64,000 bases of DNA from positions 1,922,001 through 1,986,000 of the forward strand of contig MU058714.1 in assembly GCA_013265495.1 (NCBI GenBank), in the 5' to 3' direction. The position numbers were made by a program, and so were the translations under genes. Within the stretch, counting starts at the first letter, position 1, and the number at the start of each line of letters is the position of its first letter. Below the pieces are notes generated by a model. That model was not told the DNA's origin, made no database searches, and worked only from the letters and a program-made list of their open reading frames with translations. This document shows, in pieces, positions 1-12,095 of this stretch. This stretch comes from Vicugna vicugna. Lineage: Eukaryota.

Positions 1-2737
1 GCAGATGGTGGGGCTGCCGCCCGACTGCTGTCCCGGAACTGGCACCACGGGGGACGCCCCTCCAGCACGACAGACAAGAGGGACGAGGGTTTCCCGCTCC
101 AGCAGCGAGACAGAGACCCGCCAGGCATCTGGGGCCGTCTCTCTCACGGGGGTGAGGAAGGCCCTGGAGTCTCCCAGGCCAAGGCCTGTTGCCCTCAGTC
201 ACTCCGTGTGCCCTGCTCCAGCGAAGACGAGGAGCCAGTGGGCACCCGGGCCTGGCCTCCAGTGGTGCCCTCGGACCGTGGGAGCTACACACATGATCGG
301 ACCCCTTCGCGGGGCCCCGTGGTCACCAGCCACCCGTGTGCTGCCTTCCTGGTGTGGAAGGGGGCTGACAGAGACCCTGCAGGAGGCCTGTGCTGGGACC
401 CCAGCCTCCCTCTCCTCTTCCCGCCCCGGGTCCTTCTGGCCTTGCTCACTCAGCGCCCTGCCTTCTCTTGGCTCCATGTGTCCAGACTCCTGGCTCCATG
501 TCTCTATCACCGTCCCCAGCTGCAGGCCCGCCCAGGGTTCCCACCACCCTGACCCTGACAAAGGTGTAGAGAGAAAGCAAAGGAGGCTGAGGGAGGGAGC
601 GGCAGTCTCCTGGGGCCTTAGCTTCTAGGCCTGGGGCTGCCCTGGGCCAACACGGAGGCCTGAGCCCCCTCGCTGGGCAGCACTGTGCGGCCCCATGTCC
701 CACTAATGCCCCCACTACCCCAGCCTGGACCTGAGGTCCAACCGTGTGGCTCCTACGCAGATGCGAGGTCACACCCACAGGTGTGAGGGGCCTTTGGAAC
801 GGGGTGGGGTGTCGGGGAGAGAGGGAAAAGGAGACTTTGTGTGGCAGCCTCTGGGCTGGGCGGGGGCCCAGGAGAGCCTGGTGTCCGAGGCCCAGGGCCC
901 CGAGGGAAGAAGGTGGCCTACTTAGGCTTGGCCACTCCGACACCTGTGAAAAGCCACACTGCGCAGATCCGGCCCGCAAGCTGGCGCCTAACGAGGAACC
1001 GGCTCTGTGCCCTTGGAACAGGCCAGCACGCCCTGTCCCAGCCCCGCTTCCTGGTGTCCCTTCCAGGGCTGGCAGGCGCATGTGCCCTCGGGTGGCCTGG
1101 GAGCCAAAGTGACAGCATGACGCTGCTTCCCACGTGCCTGACTGCGGCATGAAGGGCGTGGAGGTGACACTGCACGGCGGGGGCTCAGAGGAAGTCCTCC
1201 GCCCGCAGCCCCGGGCCGGCTGGCTCAGGGGGTCCAGGGAACAGGACGTGAGCTGGGCCGCAGGCTGGCAGGGTCTCGGAGGTGTGGGTTCACATACAGG
1301 GCTGCACAAGCCCCGGTGGCTGAGCTGATCCCCCGGGAACGCCTCCCAGCTTCCAGGTGTGTAGCCTGGCTCTGGGGGACTGGCCAGGACACCCTCTCTC
1401 CAGGGCTGATCCTCTACAGGGACACGCTGTTGGGGTCTCGTGTTATTTTAAGTCAAGAAAGGGCAATACTGAAAACAGAAACTCTGCAAACCAGAAACTC
1501 TGCAAACCTCAGAACACCCAGAGATTGGAAAATCCCAAAAGCAGGCGCCCCTGCCCCCACCCCAGAGTCAGCCCGGACAGAGCCAAGGAGCTGGGACTGT
1601 CCAGGACGGGGCTGGGCTGGGGGCTGAGCCCTGGTCTTGACGGCTCAGGTTCTGATCAGCTCAGGTTCTGATCACCGTGGCCACACGGGGGCGGGGGCTG
1701 CAGGCAGGGGATCCACCTCTCTTCAGCTCAGTTCCTGGCAAGATGAAACCTATTCTGATGACTCCAGAAGCTCCCCGGCATGGACAAGATGCTCATGATG
1801 GCCTGAGACACCCAGGAGCTTCTGAACCGCTGTGTTTAGGGTCTGGGGTCCCACCCTGTCCGCCCGCCCTCCCTCCCTCCCTCCCTCACCTGCGCTGAGC
1901 GCTGGTCCCGCATCTCAGCCAGAGGGAAACGTCTGCGAGGCGGAGGAAAAGCTGAGGGGTCCTAACGATGATTCTGTTCCCAAAGGGAGGTGCGGAGGGA
2001 GTGGGCTCCAGGGAGAAGAGAGGCGGGAGGCCAGGCCAAGGCCTGGGGAGAGGCAGCAGGTCCCGAGCTTCCAGGCAGAGCCAGCGGGAGGGATCGCCAG
2101 CCAATACTGCCCCCCAGTGGTGGGGGAGGCCCGGGGACCTGGCAGCGCGGCCCGCAGGAGGGCGGGGCCTGAGTGCGCACCAGGCCGAGGGACACCGGGC
2201 TGAGAAACAGGAGGCTGCAGCCGCCTGCCCACCAAGGTCTCCTGTGACTGTGGGGAGCTCCTGGGGTCAGCAGGTCCCTGACTTTCTCGGTGGGGGACGG
2301 GCCTCGTGGGGCAGGGTCTCAGGCCCGCAGAGAAGCCGCACCCCGCCACGTACATTCCTCCCCGAGACACTGGAGGGTAAGCTGGAGGCATCGTGCGCCA
2401 CCCAAAAGCAAGCACATCTTCACAGTAACCTTTGACCCGAACCAGAAGCTTCCCAGGGACGTGGTGGTGTGATCTTAAAGCAAAGCCCACGGGCACCTGC
2501 CCAGCAGTCCAGCAAGCATCCTTCCTGGTGCCCTCAGTCCCCCAGCAGGACGGTCTGTGGGTTTCAGTGTGTCCTGGGTCTGGGCCTGTCTGAAGCTTTG
2601 TGCTTAGACTCTGGAGTGAGGCTGTGTCCGTCTGTCCTGCACTGGCAGTGGAAGCGGATTCCTTGGTTGGGGGTGGTCCACAGGCTACCCTACTGGAAAG
2701 GCACTGTTTTCCTTTCGCGACTGAGAATTTGGGGGTA

Positions 2738-2820
2738 GGGGTGGGTGCAGATTGGGGCAGAGCGTGTGCTGAGCATGCACGAGGTCCTTGGTGCATCCCC
2801 AGCACCTCCGTGAAAACAAA
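2738..2820 (+). mobile_element. Degenerate Vic-1-like tRNA-derived SINE
   Basis: ...gagcatgcacgaggtccttggtgcatccccagcacctcc aligns by eye with the copies at 12843 and 45849; short A-rich tail. Confidence 0.65.
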
Positions 2821-4808
2821 TGTGCGGGTGCCACCACTCAAACAGCTTGTCCAGCATCCACTGAGGCCTTCCCACTGCCCATCTGCAGTCGACCTGGTCA
2901 GTGAGGAAGGGCTTTCTGTCCTCCTTTCCTTCCTTGTCCGCACACCTGCACCGGCGTGAGTGATTCCCTGTCTTACGCAATGCACTGTGACCCTGGCTCT
3001 GGGACTGATGGGCCTGGAACAGGTCAGTGGGAGCCCTCTACCCCTGCAGGCTGGTTCCTGCCTCCTTGTCATGTCTCCATGGTGGAATCAGCCATGTACC
3101 CTGGTTACTCTCAGCAGAGCCAGAAGTTCAGGATCCTGCTCCGGGCCCAGGGAGTGCTCACCGCCGGCACAGACAGCCCCTCGGGCGCCAGTGGGCAGAG
3201 CCGGGTGTGTGAACACCTCCTTCTTAACCCCAGCTTTCACTCTGGAGACTCCAACCCCAGCCCACGGGGCATCCTGGCCCTCCTGACCGCCTCGCCCGGC
3301 CCTGGAAGCCCAGAGCCCGCACCCTCTGCTCCGGGCACCACACCCGCTGGGCTGTGATGGCTGGGAGCAGGGGTGGGTCTGGGCCAAGTGGAAGGTTTTC
3401 TGTGCCTCCAGTTTCTCACCCAGGAGAGACCCACTAAAATCACAGGATGGTGAGACCTGGAAGGGGCGTGGGACCCTGGTAGTCGTGCAGAAACTAGGGC
3501 CCCAGAGCTCGCTCTCCCACCCGCCCTGGGACAGCAATGCGGCCTCATGCTGCTTCAGCTCCCAGCCCTGCTGCCCTGGGATTCAACACCTGGGGTTTAA
3601 CTTCCTCTCACGTGCACGGTCTCGTCCCTCTTCGGGACTGGTGAGTTACGGGAGGGCCCCGGTGGCACCGGGAGAAGAGGCGGCATCGCTGCTGGCACCT
3701 GCTGCCCAGCTGGGCCCAGGGCCCCTGGACTTACCCTGAGTGACAGGGAGGTCTGGGGTCCTGGGAGACAGTACAGAGGGTTTGGTGCCCCCTCCCCAAC
3801 GCCTGCCTGTCCCCCGCAGCAGGCACTCCTCACACGTGCACCCCACCACGGCTCGGCTGGCCCCCTTGTGTTCCTTGAGCCAGAGAGGGCTGTCGGTTGC
3901 CTCTCCCATCCAAGTCCTCCCAGTCCCTGACAGTAGGTCCTGGAGCCCTGGCGCTCCTGTGTCCCTAAGTATCGCTCTCAAAGCCTGGCCTGTGGGCCGA
4001 GAGCCCCTGGGACACACGTGACCCAAGCTGCTTCTGCCTGAGGACTCCCAGCATCTTCCAGACGTCACTTTACTGCCCTGAAACCTTCCGTCATGAGCAG
4101 GTCACTGTCTGCAAGCCCAAGGTAACACAGGTAACGCGGGTGATCACAGGCAGCTGTGGGTCAGCCCAGGTGGCACATGCAGTCGCAGGGGGCAGACGTG
4201 CAGGTGACCGCAGGTGTCTGATTGTCTCAGGGGGCGGGTCCGGATGCCGGTCTTCACAGCATTTCCACCCGGTGCACGCTGGGCGGGAAGGTGGCCCAGG
4301 TATATGTGCGGCCATGATGTTCCCTCCAGGGACCCTGGCTCACCCCAGCCACGAGGCTGCCCTGGCACTAGGTGCGGGCCCAGGACAGGAGAGTCCGGGG
4401 CACCCACGCCAGGGGGCCGGGCCTCCCCTGCTCCAGGCAGAAGCTCACCTTGGAGCCCACCCACGAGGAGCCTCTGGAAGCGAGAGCCACAGCCTGGCAT
4501 CCGTCTCAGGGCTTCACAGGCCCTCGAAGTGCACAGTCGAGGACTCTTGTGTCAGAGGAAACAGAAGAGCCCCCTTCACACGTGCAGGCTTCCTGCCTGG
4601 CTTTAAATGGAGAGACTTCCGAGACTGGAGGGCAAGCGTGTCTGTCCGCCCCGACGCAGAGCCAGGTGGGGAAGGCGAGGGAGAGCGGGGCAGGCCCACC
4701 GCCGGCCGACCTGTCCTCGAGACCAGCCCCGCTCGGGACGCAGTGAGCCCACAGGGGAGAACCCCGGCCGGCCGGCGGGAACGCGGGCACAGCCGGCAGG
4801 GCACCTAC

Positions 4809-5009
4809 CTCTCCCCTGAGGGCCATGGTGTCTGAGGCGGGCGGCTGCTGCCTGCTGGATGCGCCCCCGCCTTCCTTCCAGGCTGACCCGAGATGCTTCT
4901 CAAGCTTGGCCACCTGCTTCCGCAGCTGCAAAACCTCCAGGTGCACCTGGTCCAGCTCGTGGGGAAGCTCTCGCTGGATGGCGTCCATGTCCAGGGGCCC
5001 CCGCAGCAC
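4809..5009 (-). CDS. CCDC57: CCDC57 coding exon 13 (VLRGPLDMDAIQRELPHELDQVHLEVLQLRKQV...ALRGE); gene continues left of the window
   Basis: Acceptor cggtctcccag, donor GAG|GTAGGT, 201 nt. No further CCDC57-like peptide recognised in 1-4800. Confidence 0.92.
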
Positions 5010-6129
5010 CTGGGAGACCGTTTTAGAGTCAGAGTTAGGAAGGAGGACGTCGGCTCTGGAGCAGATCTTTGGGGAGGACAGGAAAACCAGAAGGACACAG
5101 GCCCGTCAGTCTCCTCTCTGGCTTAATTCCACCACCCGCAGACCCACACCCCCACCACCAAAGCTGCTGTTCTTCTGGCCCCCCTGGGCCAGGCCCCGAG
5201 GCAGCTCCACTCACGCCCCCAGAGTGGACACATGGGGACGTGGGCACCTGCAGCAGCGCCCACACACTGGACCCCAAGGCTGGTCGGGGAGGGTCTGTGC
5301 ACGGACGGGTCTGGACAGAGGCCTCAAAACCCTCTTCCTGGGCTCCAGTCCCGGGAGGCATGGACAGACGAAGTCCTAAGCCTGTCCCAAGGGAGAGGAC
5401 GACCGGCGAGCAGACAGAAGGCCGAGGTAGACCGAAGGGGCAGGAGAAGCCTGGCCGGGGGCACGAGCTGGGGGCTGCAGGGTGGCCAGGAGACCCCGAC
5501 GCAGGGGCCCGGCCAGAGCCCGGCCATCCCTGCCTGCAGCGCCTCTCCCGACGACGGGGGGAAGGACGGGCAGGGGCACAGGAACACCTTTCCGCACCCT
5601 CGACGGGCCCGTTCGATTCTCAGGGAGAGAAACGTGACCTTCCTGCTCCGGGGACTCCTACACAGGACTCGCGGTGAGTGTCTCGTTCTTTGTCACAGAC
5701 ACACCGGAAAAGGTGACCATCTGATACACAGACACTGGCAAGTAAGAAACAAATGGCACTTCTAGGCGGGCCGTGTTTCTCAGGTAACCTTCATGGGCAC
5801 CAAGAGAAAGTCACAGCTCTCGTTTCACCGTTGACTTCCTGTTTGGCGACGGTGGGGCAGAGCTGGGAAAGGCCACAGACCTGAAGACCACCCTCCCCTC
5901 ACGTGTGGCGGGTGACGGAGGTCTGCAGCCCTACAGACAGCAGCAGGAAAGGGGGCGCACTCGCCTCCGTCACAGCAGCACAAACGTGCTTCATGAACCA
6001 CGACAGGGCGTCTGACTTCCGCGCACGGCCTGCTCCCTGCAGGGGATGGAGAGCTCAGTGTGGTCTGCACCAGCCAGGAGCTGTGTCACGGAAGACGCAG
6101 GGCCTACGGGATGGTGTTTCACGTACTCG

Positions 6130-7075
6130 TGGACTTAAAAGGACATGTGAAAATTGCCTCACGGGAAACACAGGTGCAAAGGCGGCAGGACGTGTGATCC
6201 CGCAGCACCAGCAGTGAGAACTGCGCTTCCAAGGGCTCTGTCGAGACTGTGAGGACGAGCCAGAGACCAGGAGAGGGATTCTGCAAAGCGCACGTGCCAA
6301 GGGCCTTGTGTCCAGGACATGCCAAGAACTCTGGCAACTGAACAATAAAAAGACAGACAACCCAGTCAGAAGCGGGCAGAGGACATTCACGGACGTTTCT
6401 CCAAAGATGACAGATGAATGGCCAATAAGCACGTGAGAAGATGCTCAACGTCATTTTCCACCAGGAAAATGCAAATCTCACCGCGTCAAGGTCCACCTCG
6501 GGCCTGCGGGGACAGCTGCAGTCCGGAGGACCCAGGGGCCGGCGCAGGTGAGGACCACTCGCTGGAAGCTCCCCACGCGCAGCTGGGGGCGAAGCACTGC
6601 AGAAACCCTTGGCGGGTCCTCAGAAGTTAATGACAGAACTACCCTGCAACCCGGCAGCTCCACCCACGTGTGCACCCGGACACCTGCGCAGCCCGTCCAT
6701 GGTGCCCCAGGGCCCAGCAGTTTGGGGGAATGACAGCGCGGGGCGTCCTCCTTTCTCCAGAGGGAAGAGGCTGGGACACGGGCTACACGTGGATGAGCCT
6801 CAAGGACCGGACGCTGGGTGAAGTGAGCCGGTCACAGGCAGACAGATTCTGCATGACTCCACGTGGAGGCTCCCGGAGGAGCAGGTGCAGAGACAGAACG
6901 AGCAGAGGGGCCGGGGCTGGCGGGGGGAGCAGGGCATCGGCGTTGAGCGTGGACAGGGTTTCTGTGCAAGTGATGAAAAGCTCTGGGAACACAGCAGTGA
7001 CTACACTCGCCATCACTGAACTGTACGTGTGAAAATGGTGACCTCTGTTGTGGACGTTCTGCCACAGCTAAAAAC
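6130..7075 (+). mobile_element. Old L1 3' end fragment (L1M-type), GC-eroded
   Basis: Recognisable L1 text, e.g. caactgaacaataaaaagacagacaaccc and gccaataagcacgtgagaagatgctcaacgtcatt. Confidence 0.75.
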
Positions 7076-7498
7076 CCCACTGAAGTAAGCGCTACCCGCT
7101 ACCGTGAATTAGCAGCAGCAAGGCGCGGGCTGTGGCGCCCGCTGGAGCCTGTCCCGCTGGCCTGTCTGCACCGGAAGCAGAAAGGCAGCGTCCGCCGAGG
7201 GCTCCAGACGGCAGAGGGGACTGCGCTCAGCACTCATGCCGTGGGCTCCCGCAGGGCTCGGGCCCGGGGACCCGCCAGGGCAGGCAGAGACCGGGCTCCG
7301 AGTGCTCGACCACAGGCGCTGCTCCGGTGTCCCCCAGGCTCCCTAGCCTCACCGCGTGCCCTCCAGGAACACACAGGAGGGGAAGCGGCTGCCCCTACCA
7401 TGACCCCTTCCTGGGAGGGACCCTGAGGCACAGAGAGGTCATGGCCAGGTCCCTCTCTGGTCAGGAGACCCCCAGCTTGAGCATCAGGGTGGCCGTAC

Positions 7499-7602
7499 CT
7501 TCTGTCTGAGTCGCGCCACCAGGAAGTTCAAGAGATGTGCCCTGTCTCGAAGCCGCCTGAGCGCCAGCCCCGTGGATGCACCATGGCCCAACGCAGCCCC
7601 TC
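7499..7602 (-). CDS. CCDC57: CCDC57 coding exon 12 (GAALGHGASTGLALRRLRDRAHLLNFLVARLRQK)
   Basis: Branch-like ctgac plus acceptor ctgctgttcctgcag, donor AAG|GTACGG, 104 nt; phase fits. Confidence 0.88.
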
Positions 7603-8039
7603 CTGCAGGAACAGCAGATGAGTCAGACACATCTCCCCGAGCCCACGGCCTCCCCACCAACCTCCGCGGAGCTGGGCATCCTGTCACCAGGGTGCAGGCG
7701 TGGCCTCTTGGCTCACTGTCCCCCAGACCTCGCGGGCATGGTGGGGTCCCAACGAAGACTGAGAGGTGCTGCCCGTGAAGAGTGCTCCCTGCGCTGGGAA
7801 AGCGGGACTCTGCAGAGAGAAACCCCAGCCTGCCCAGCTGGTGTCCAGCAGGGGCAAGTCTGCACGACCGCCAGTCGCTTGGCTGGCTGGGGTCACAGGG
7901 CTCGTGTGGCCCACGGCTCAAAGAAGGAATCACAGAGGCCGTCAGAAATTTCGACCCGAATTATTGCAAAATCATGACTATTAAAACTTGAGGAATGCAT
8001 CTAAAGCGTCCTTTCAAAACTACTTATTACTTATTTAGG

Positions 8040-8790
8040 CGTAGAAGCTTATTTTAGAAAAGAAGGAAGACAAATGAGCTGAACATTCATGTCAAAAGTG
8101 AGGGGGAAAAGACAACCAGAGTAGAAGGAAGGACGGGACAAAGCCGACGCTAAATGCTGCGGAAACGGGAAGCTGAGTGCGGCAGGCGGCAAGACCGGCG
8201 GCAGTTCTTCGCAAAAGCCAGGTCCCGGGAGAGGCCGGTCAAGAAACAGGGACAGAGACAGCGCAGCAAACGGAAGGGCTGTAGCTCTAGAGCCCGGAGG
8301 CTCTGAAGCCCTGCGGAGAACACACTCCCATAAGCAACTTTACGCCGAGGTTTTGGAAGTTTAAGTGAAACAGACAACTTTCTAGCAAAACACAACATCA
8401 AAAAATGACACAGAAAGGCAGGTCTAGACAGCCCTAAACCTGTGAAAAGCCCAAACTCAGTTTAAAATCTTCCCACAAGGAGAATTCTCTGCCCAGCTGG
8501 TTTCACGGTTGAAGTCTGTCCACTGGTTATGGAAAAATTAACGTTAGGTCTAACACGAGATTTTCCAGAAAGCAGAGAAAGAGGGGCCTCTCCCAACAGG
8601 TCTGCGAGGCCAGAACAACCCCGACTCCGAGCCCCGATGTGGACGCCGCGAGGAAGCGGAGGCGCAGGCCAGCCTCACATGTGAACATGGATGCGCTCGT
8701 TCCCAGCGAAGCGCTCGCGGAGCACACCTCGCTGAGTTTACTCCGGAAACACAGCGCTGCTTTCACATCGCAGGCCAGTTTAAGCCTCTC
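8040..8790 (+). mobile_element. Old L1 ORF2 fragment
   Basis: A-rich L1-like text (ttttagaaaagaaggaagac; aacttctagcaaaacacaac; ctgcccagctggtttcac). Confidence 0.55.
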
Positions 8791-9169
8791 ATTCCGGACG
8801 AGGTGAGTGTGCCCCACCCGCCCTCCCCTAAGACAGCGGGAGCCCCAGACACCACACGCTCTGCTCCGGGAGGAGGTTCCGGATGGTGAGGGAAAGCAGG
8901 CAGGGAGGCTGGGAGCTCGGGCTTCAGGGGCCGGGCCGCAGGGAGTCCCCCCCGGCCCGTCTTCCTGCACAGGCCAAAGACACCACCGAGCTGAGACCAG
9001 GAAAAGGGAGCCCCGCAGCTGCCGGCGGGACAGAAGCAGAGCTGCAAAAGGCTCAGCGAGGGCCGGGGCCCCACGACGTGATCCTCGACGTCCATGGCAG
9101 AATCCAAGCTCCTCAGTGGATCAACAGCAAGGAAAATCTCCCCTTGAATGAAGAGACAACAGCAAGGTG

Positions 9170-10320
9170 ACTGTGGAATTAAAGCTGCCCCAACAGGCAA
9201 TCTGACACACCCTTAGGGCAAGTGGTAAAAACAGAAGTTTCAGCAAAGGAATGCAAGATACAAAGGGAAAAAATGGAAATTTTAAACCTGAAATGTTGTA
9301 AAAATCTCACTGGATGGGCTCAGTAGGAGAACCTGAAGATACAGACATTCTCTAGCCTGAGAACGGAGAGAACACCGGGACAGACACCGGGGTCCAACGC
9401 TCTCGCCATTCGAGCTCCAAAAGGAAAGAGAGGAGCTGAAAAAATACCTGAAGAAGTGATGCTTGAGAACTTCTCAAACCTGGCCAAAGACAAACACCTT
9501 CAGAGTCAATGTCCAAACGGATGAGCCAAGGAACCTACGCCCAGACCGCCATCAGCCGATTCTGAAACCACAGACAAACTCTCGAGAGCAGCAGAGCTAA
9601 GTGATGCTGGACCTGTGGGGACAAGGACCCCAGCGGCATGGGCTTCTCAGAAGGAACCGTCGCCCGAAGAAAACGGTGCAGTTTAAGTGCTGAGAGCAAA
9701 GAACTGTCAACTCATCATTTTACACCAGTGACTGCACCCTTCGGGGGTGAAGGTGAAGAAGTCTCAGATGAAGGAAAAACCAAGGGAGTTTGTCACGGCA
9801 GCCCTGCTGGAAGGAACTGCTAACCACAGAACTTCAGACACAAGGCCATCTGGCAGCCTGGAATCAGGAAAGAGTCGAGGAGAAGGATCTGGGTAAGAGA
9901 ACGGACCGTACTTTTCCTCTTGAGGTTTAAAATCATGCTGGACATCGAAAGCAAAAATGGAAACCCTGCCTGATTTTGCCACGTGCGGAGACGCAGCAGT
10001 TGCGGCAATAAGGGCGGGGCGGCCTGCCTGGTGGTGCCCCCATGCTCCCCCTCAAACTGCAACATGCTGACACCAGCTGACTGTGATAAGTATACTGTGG
10101 TCTCTGGAGCAGACACTGTTTGCAAAGCACCCAGGGAGACACACTCAAAACCGCAGGTGAATTAAAGTGGAACGCTAAAGCACACCCAAGCGCCTGGCAG
10201 GGAGCAAAGAGGAAACGGCAGACTAGGCTCACGACGCAGCACCAGCCTCCGGGTGCAGACGGTCCAGGCGGTTCGTCGAGGTGTCAGCAAGATGGGTTTA
10301 AAAACTGGCCTAACTAGTTG
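9170..10320 (+). mobile_element. Old L1 ORF1-region fragment
   Basis: aaaatctcactggatgggctc...aaaaaatacctgaagaagtgatgcttgagaacttctcaaacctggccaaagac. Confidence 0.65.
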
Positions 10321-11272
10321 CTGCCTACGAGAAACTCCCTTCGAGTAACTCCCTTCGAGTGTGAGAGGGAGGTGGGTTAAAGGTCAGTGGGGGATGATGA
10401 CACACAGGCAAACGCCTGTCAGAACAGCCCAGGGTGGGGGGGCCGGCCCGAGAGGAGGACCTGGGAGGAAGCAGAGCGTCACAAACGCACGTGAAGGTCG
10501 GCTCGCCCAGAAAACGCAACGGCTCTAGACAAGCACACGCCTAACGGCAAAGCTTCCAAACACACAGAGCAGAGCCCGACAGAGTCGTGAGAGCAAGCAG
10601 AGGTCTGTGTTACAACAGGAGCTGAGAGGGATATCCTTAATCTGACTGATTTTAAAAAAGTTAGTATTAAATCTAACAGTGAAATGTTGAACGTTTTCCT
10701 CAGAATCGGGAAGCAAGCCAGCTGTGATCAGCGTCTCGCTGGAGACTCCACCAGGGGAAGTAACACCAGAGAGAGAAGCAGGAGACACCAGCGTCGGGGC
10801 GGAGGGGGCTTCCAGAACTTAGGACAAGACGACGAGGAAGCTGGATGCCCCGCTCGCCCGCCTCTCCGTCCTGGCCCACAAACCACGCGGGGCACCGGGC
10901 TGCCTGGTGGGGCCGTTGGCGTTCGGGGGGCCTGGCATGGAGGGCGGGGCCCCTGGGCGGCAGAAGGGCCTCCACGGGGGGCCGCGCGCACCTAGGCACC
11001 GGAAGCGGACGGAGTTGGGAGCCAGGCTTCGGCTGTTAGAGGAGGAAACCAAGAGCAAGGAGGAAGGAGGCCAGAACGGGCCCTGTGGTGCTGGCCTGAC
11101 CACGGAGCAAGTGACTGACCAGTAAGCTTGTTGTAAATTAAGGCCTTCGGCGATGGAGCCCACCATTTACGTGGAGACAGGGTGAGGGGTCGGGACGGTG
11201 GGCCGAGGGGCACCGGGCCCTGGCTGCCGGCCCTGGGGCAGCGGCACAGCACGTCGAGACAAGAACTCTCAC

Positions 11273-11425
11273 CGGTGGGGTCTGCGGGGGCCGGGACACT
11301 GGGCTGGAGGCCAGCACAGGGCACGGATGTCCTCGAAGGGTCTGTTACGTCCTCCAGTTGTGCTTCCAGTGTTTTGAATTTATGCTTTAGATTCTGCATT
11401 TCTGCTTCAAGGGCCAGAACGTAAC
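11273..11425 (-). CDS. CCDC57: CCDC57 coding exon 11 (YVLALEAEMQNLKHKFKTLE...ADPT)
   Basis: Acceptor ggtttttttggaag, donor G|GTGAGA, 153 nt, phase 1/1. Confidence 0.9.
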
Positions 11426-11587
11426 CTTCCAAAAAAACCAGTAAACACAGGGCGCATGTGTTTACACCCTCACCCTTCACCCTCAACCTGCGCCCTCCCC
11501 GCCCGCCCCTCAGGCCGCCCTGCTGCCCCCAGACAGAGCGCAGGGTCCAGAGTCATGCTGGCCGGGCTCCCCAGGGAGGCCCAAGCA

Positions 11588-11601
11588 CGAGCAGGGGGCG
11601 C
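11588..11601 (+). promoter_or_regulatory. CTCF-like motif CGAGCAGGGGGCGC
   Basis: 13/14 match to CCASYAGRKGGCRS. Confidence 0.45.
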
Positions 11602-11872
11602 CTCCTGCTCCCCAGTCCCTCGGGACACAGCAGCTGTGTCCCGAGCGCAGCCATCCTAGCAGGCGCCGTGCCCCCTCGCTGCTCCTTCCGCTTATCGATA
11701 AAAAGTCTTGCATATTAACACCTGACTTCAGACCCCTTCCCTGGGAGGAAAGGCAGCCGTCAGACGTTGCAGGAATTTATTACAGGGGATGTTCTCGACA
11801 AAACACCACACGAAGCCTGTTTTCGACCCCGAGGAGCCTGGCCCTCACCCTCCCCGTCCCCCTTCTGCTCAC

Positions 11873-12095
11873 CGGGAATGGGGGCGTCAGCTGCTGCCTG
11901 TGGGCCAGGTGGGTCTGCTCCTGAGGTCTCCCCTCCTAACCGGGCAGAAGGAAGAACCTGATCACTTAGAGCTTCCATTTCTTTCCTCATCTGCGCAATA
12001 GCGTTCCGCAAGCTTCTGTTCTGCTCCTGCAGTCGCTGGATCTCACTAGATGGAAAACTTGCACTTGTGTCTTCTTCACAATGCCTTGGAAACAT
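11873..12095 (-). CDS. CCDC57: CCDC57 coding exon 10 (MFPRHCEEDTSASFPSSEIQRLQEQNRSLRNAIAQMRKEMEALS...)
   Basis: Acceptor tatttgacag after a long T/C tract, donor G|GTGAGC, 223 nt; FPSSEIQRL and LRNAIAQMRKEMEALS as recalled for human. Confidence 0.93.

Noticed and set aside
1915-3072. 385-aa minus-strand ORF
   Set aside because: No recognisable domain, low-complexity composition and runs through a SINE; expected in stop-poor GC-rich DNA.
4506-4808. Read-through of CCDC57 exon 13 to a stop at 4506 as an alternative terminal exon
   Set aside because: The donor GAG|GTAGGT is strong, the added peptide is featureless, and I saw no minus-strand AATAAA downstream in 1-4500.
7603-7632. Longer in-frame start for CCDC57 exon 12 (DVSDSSAVPA)
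   Set aside because: That AG (ctcggggag) lacks a pyrimidine tract; the segment looks like the branch point and tract of the 7602 acceptor.
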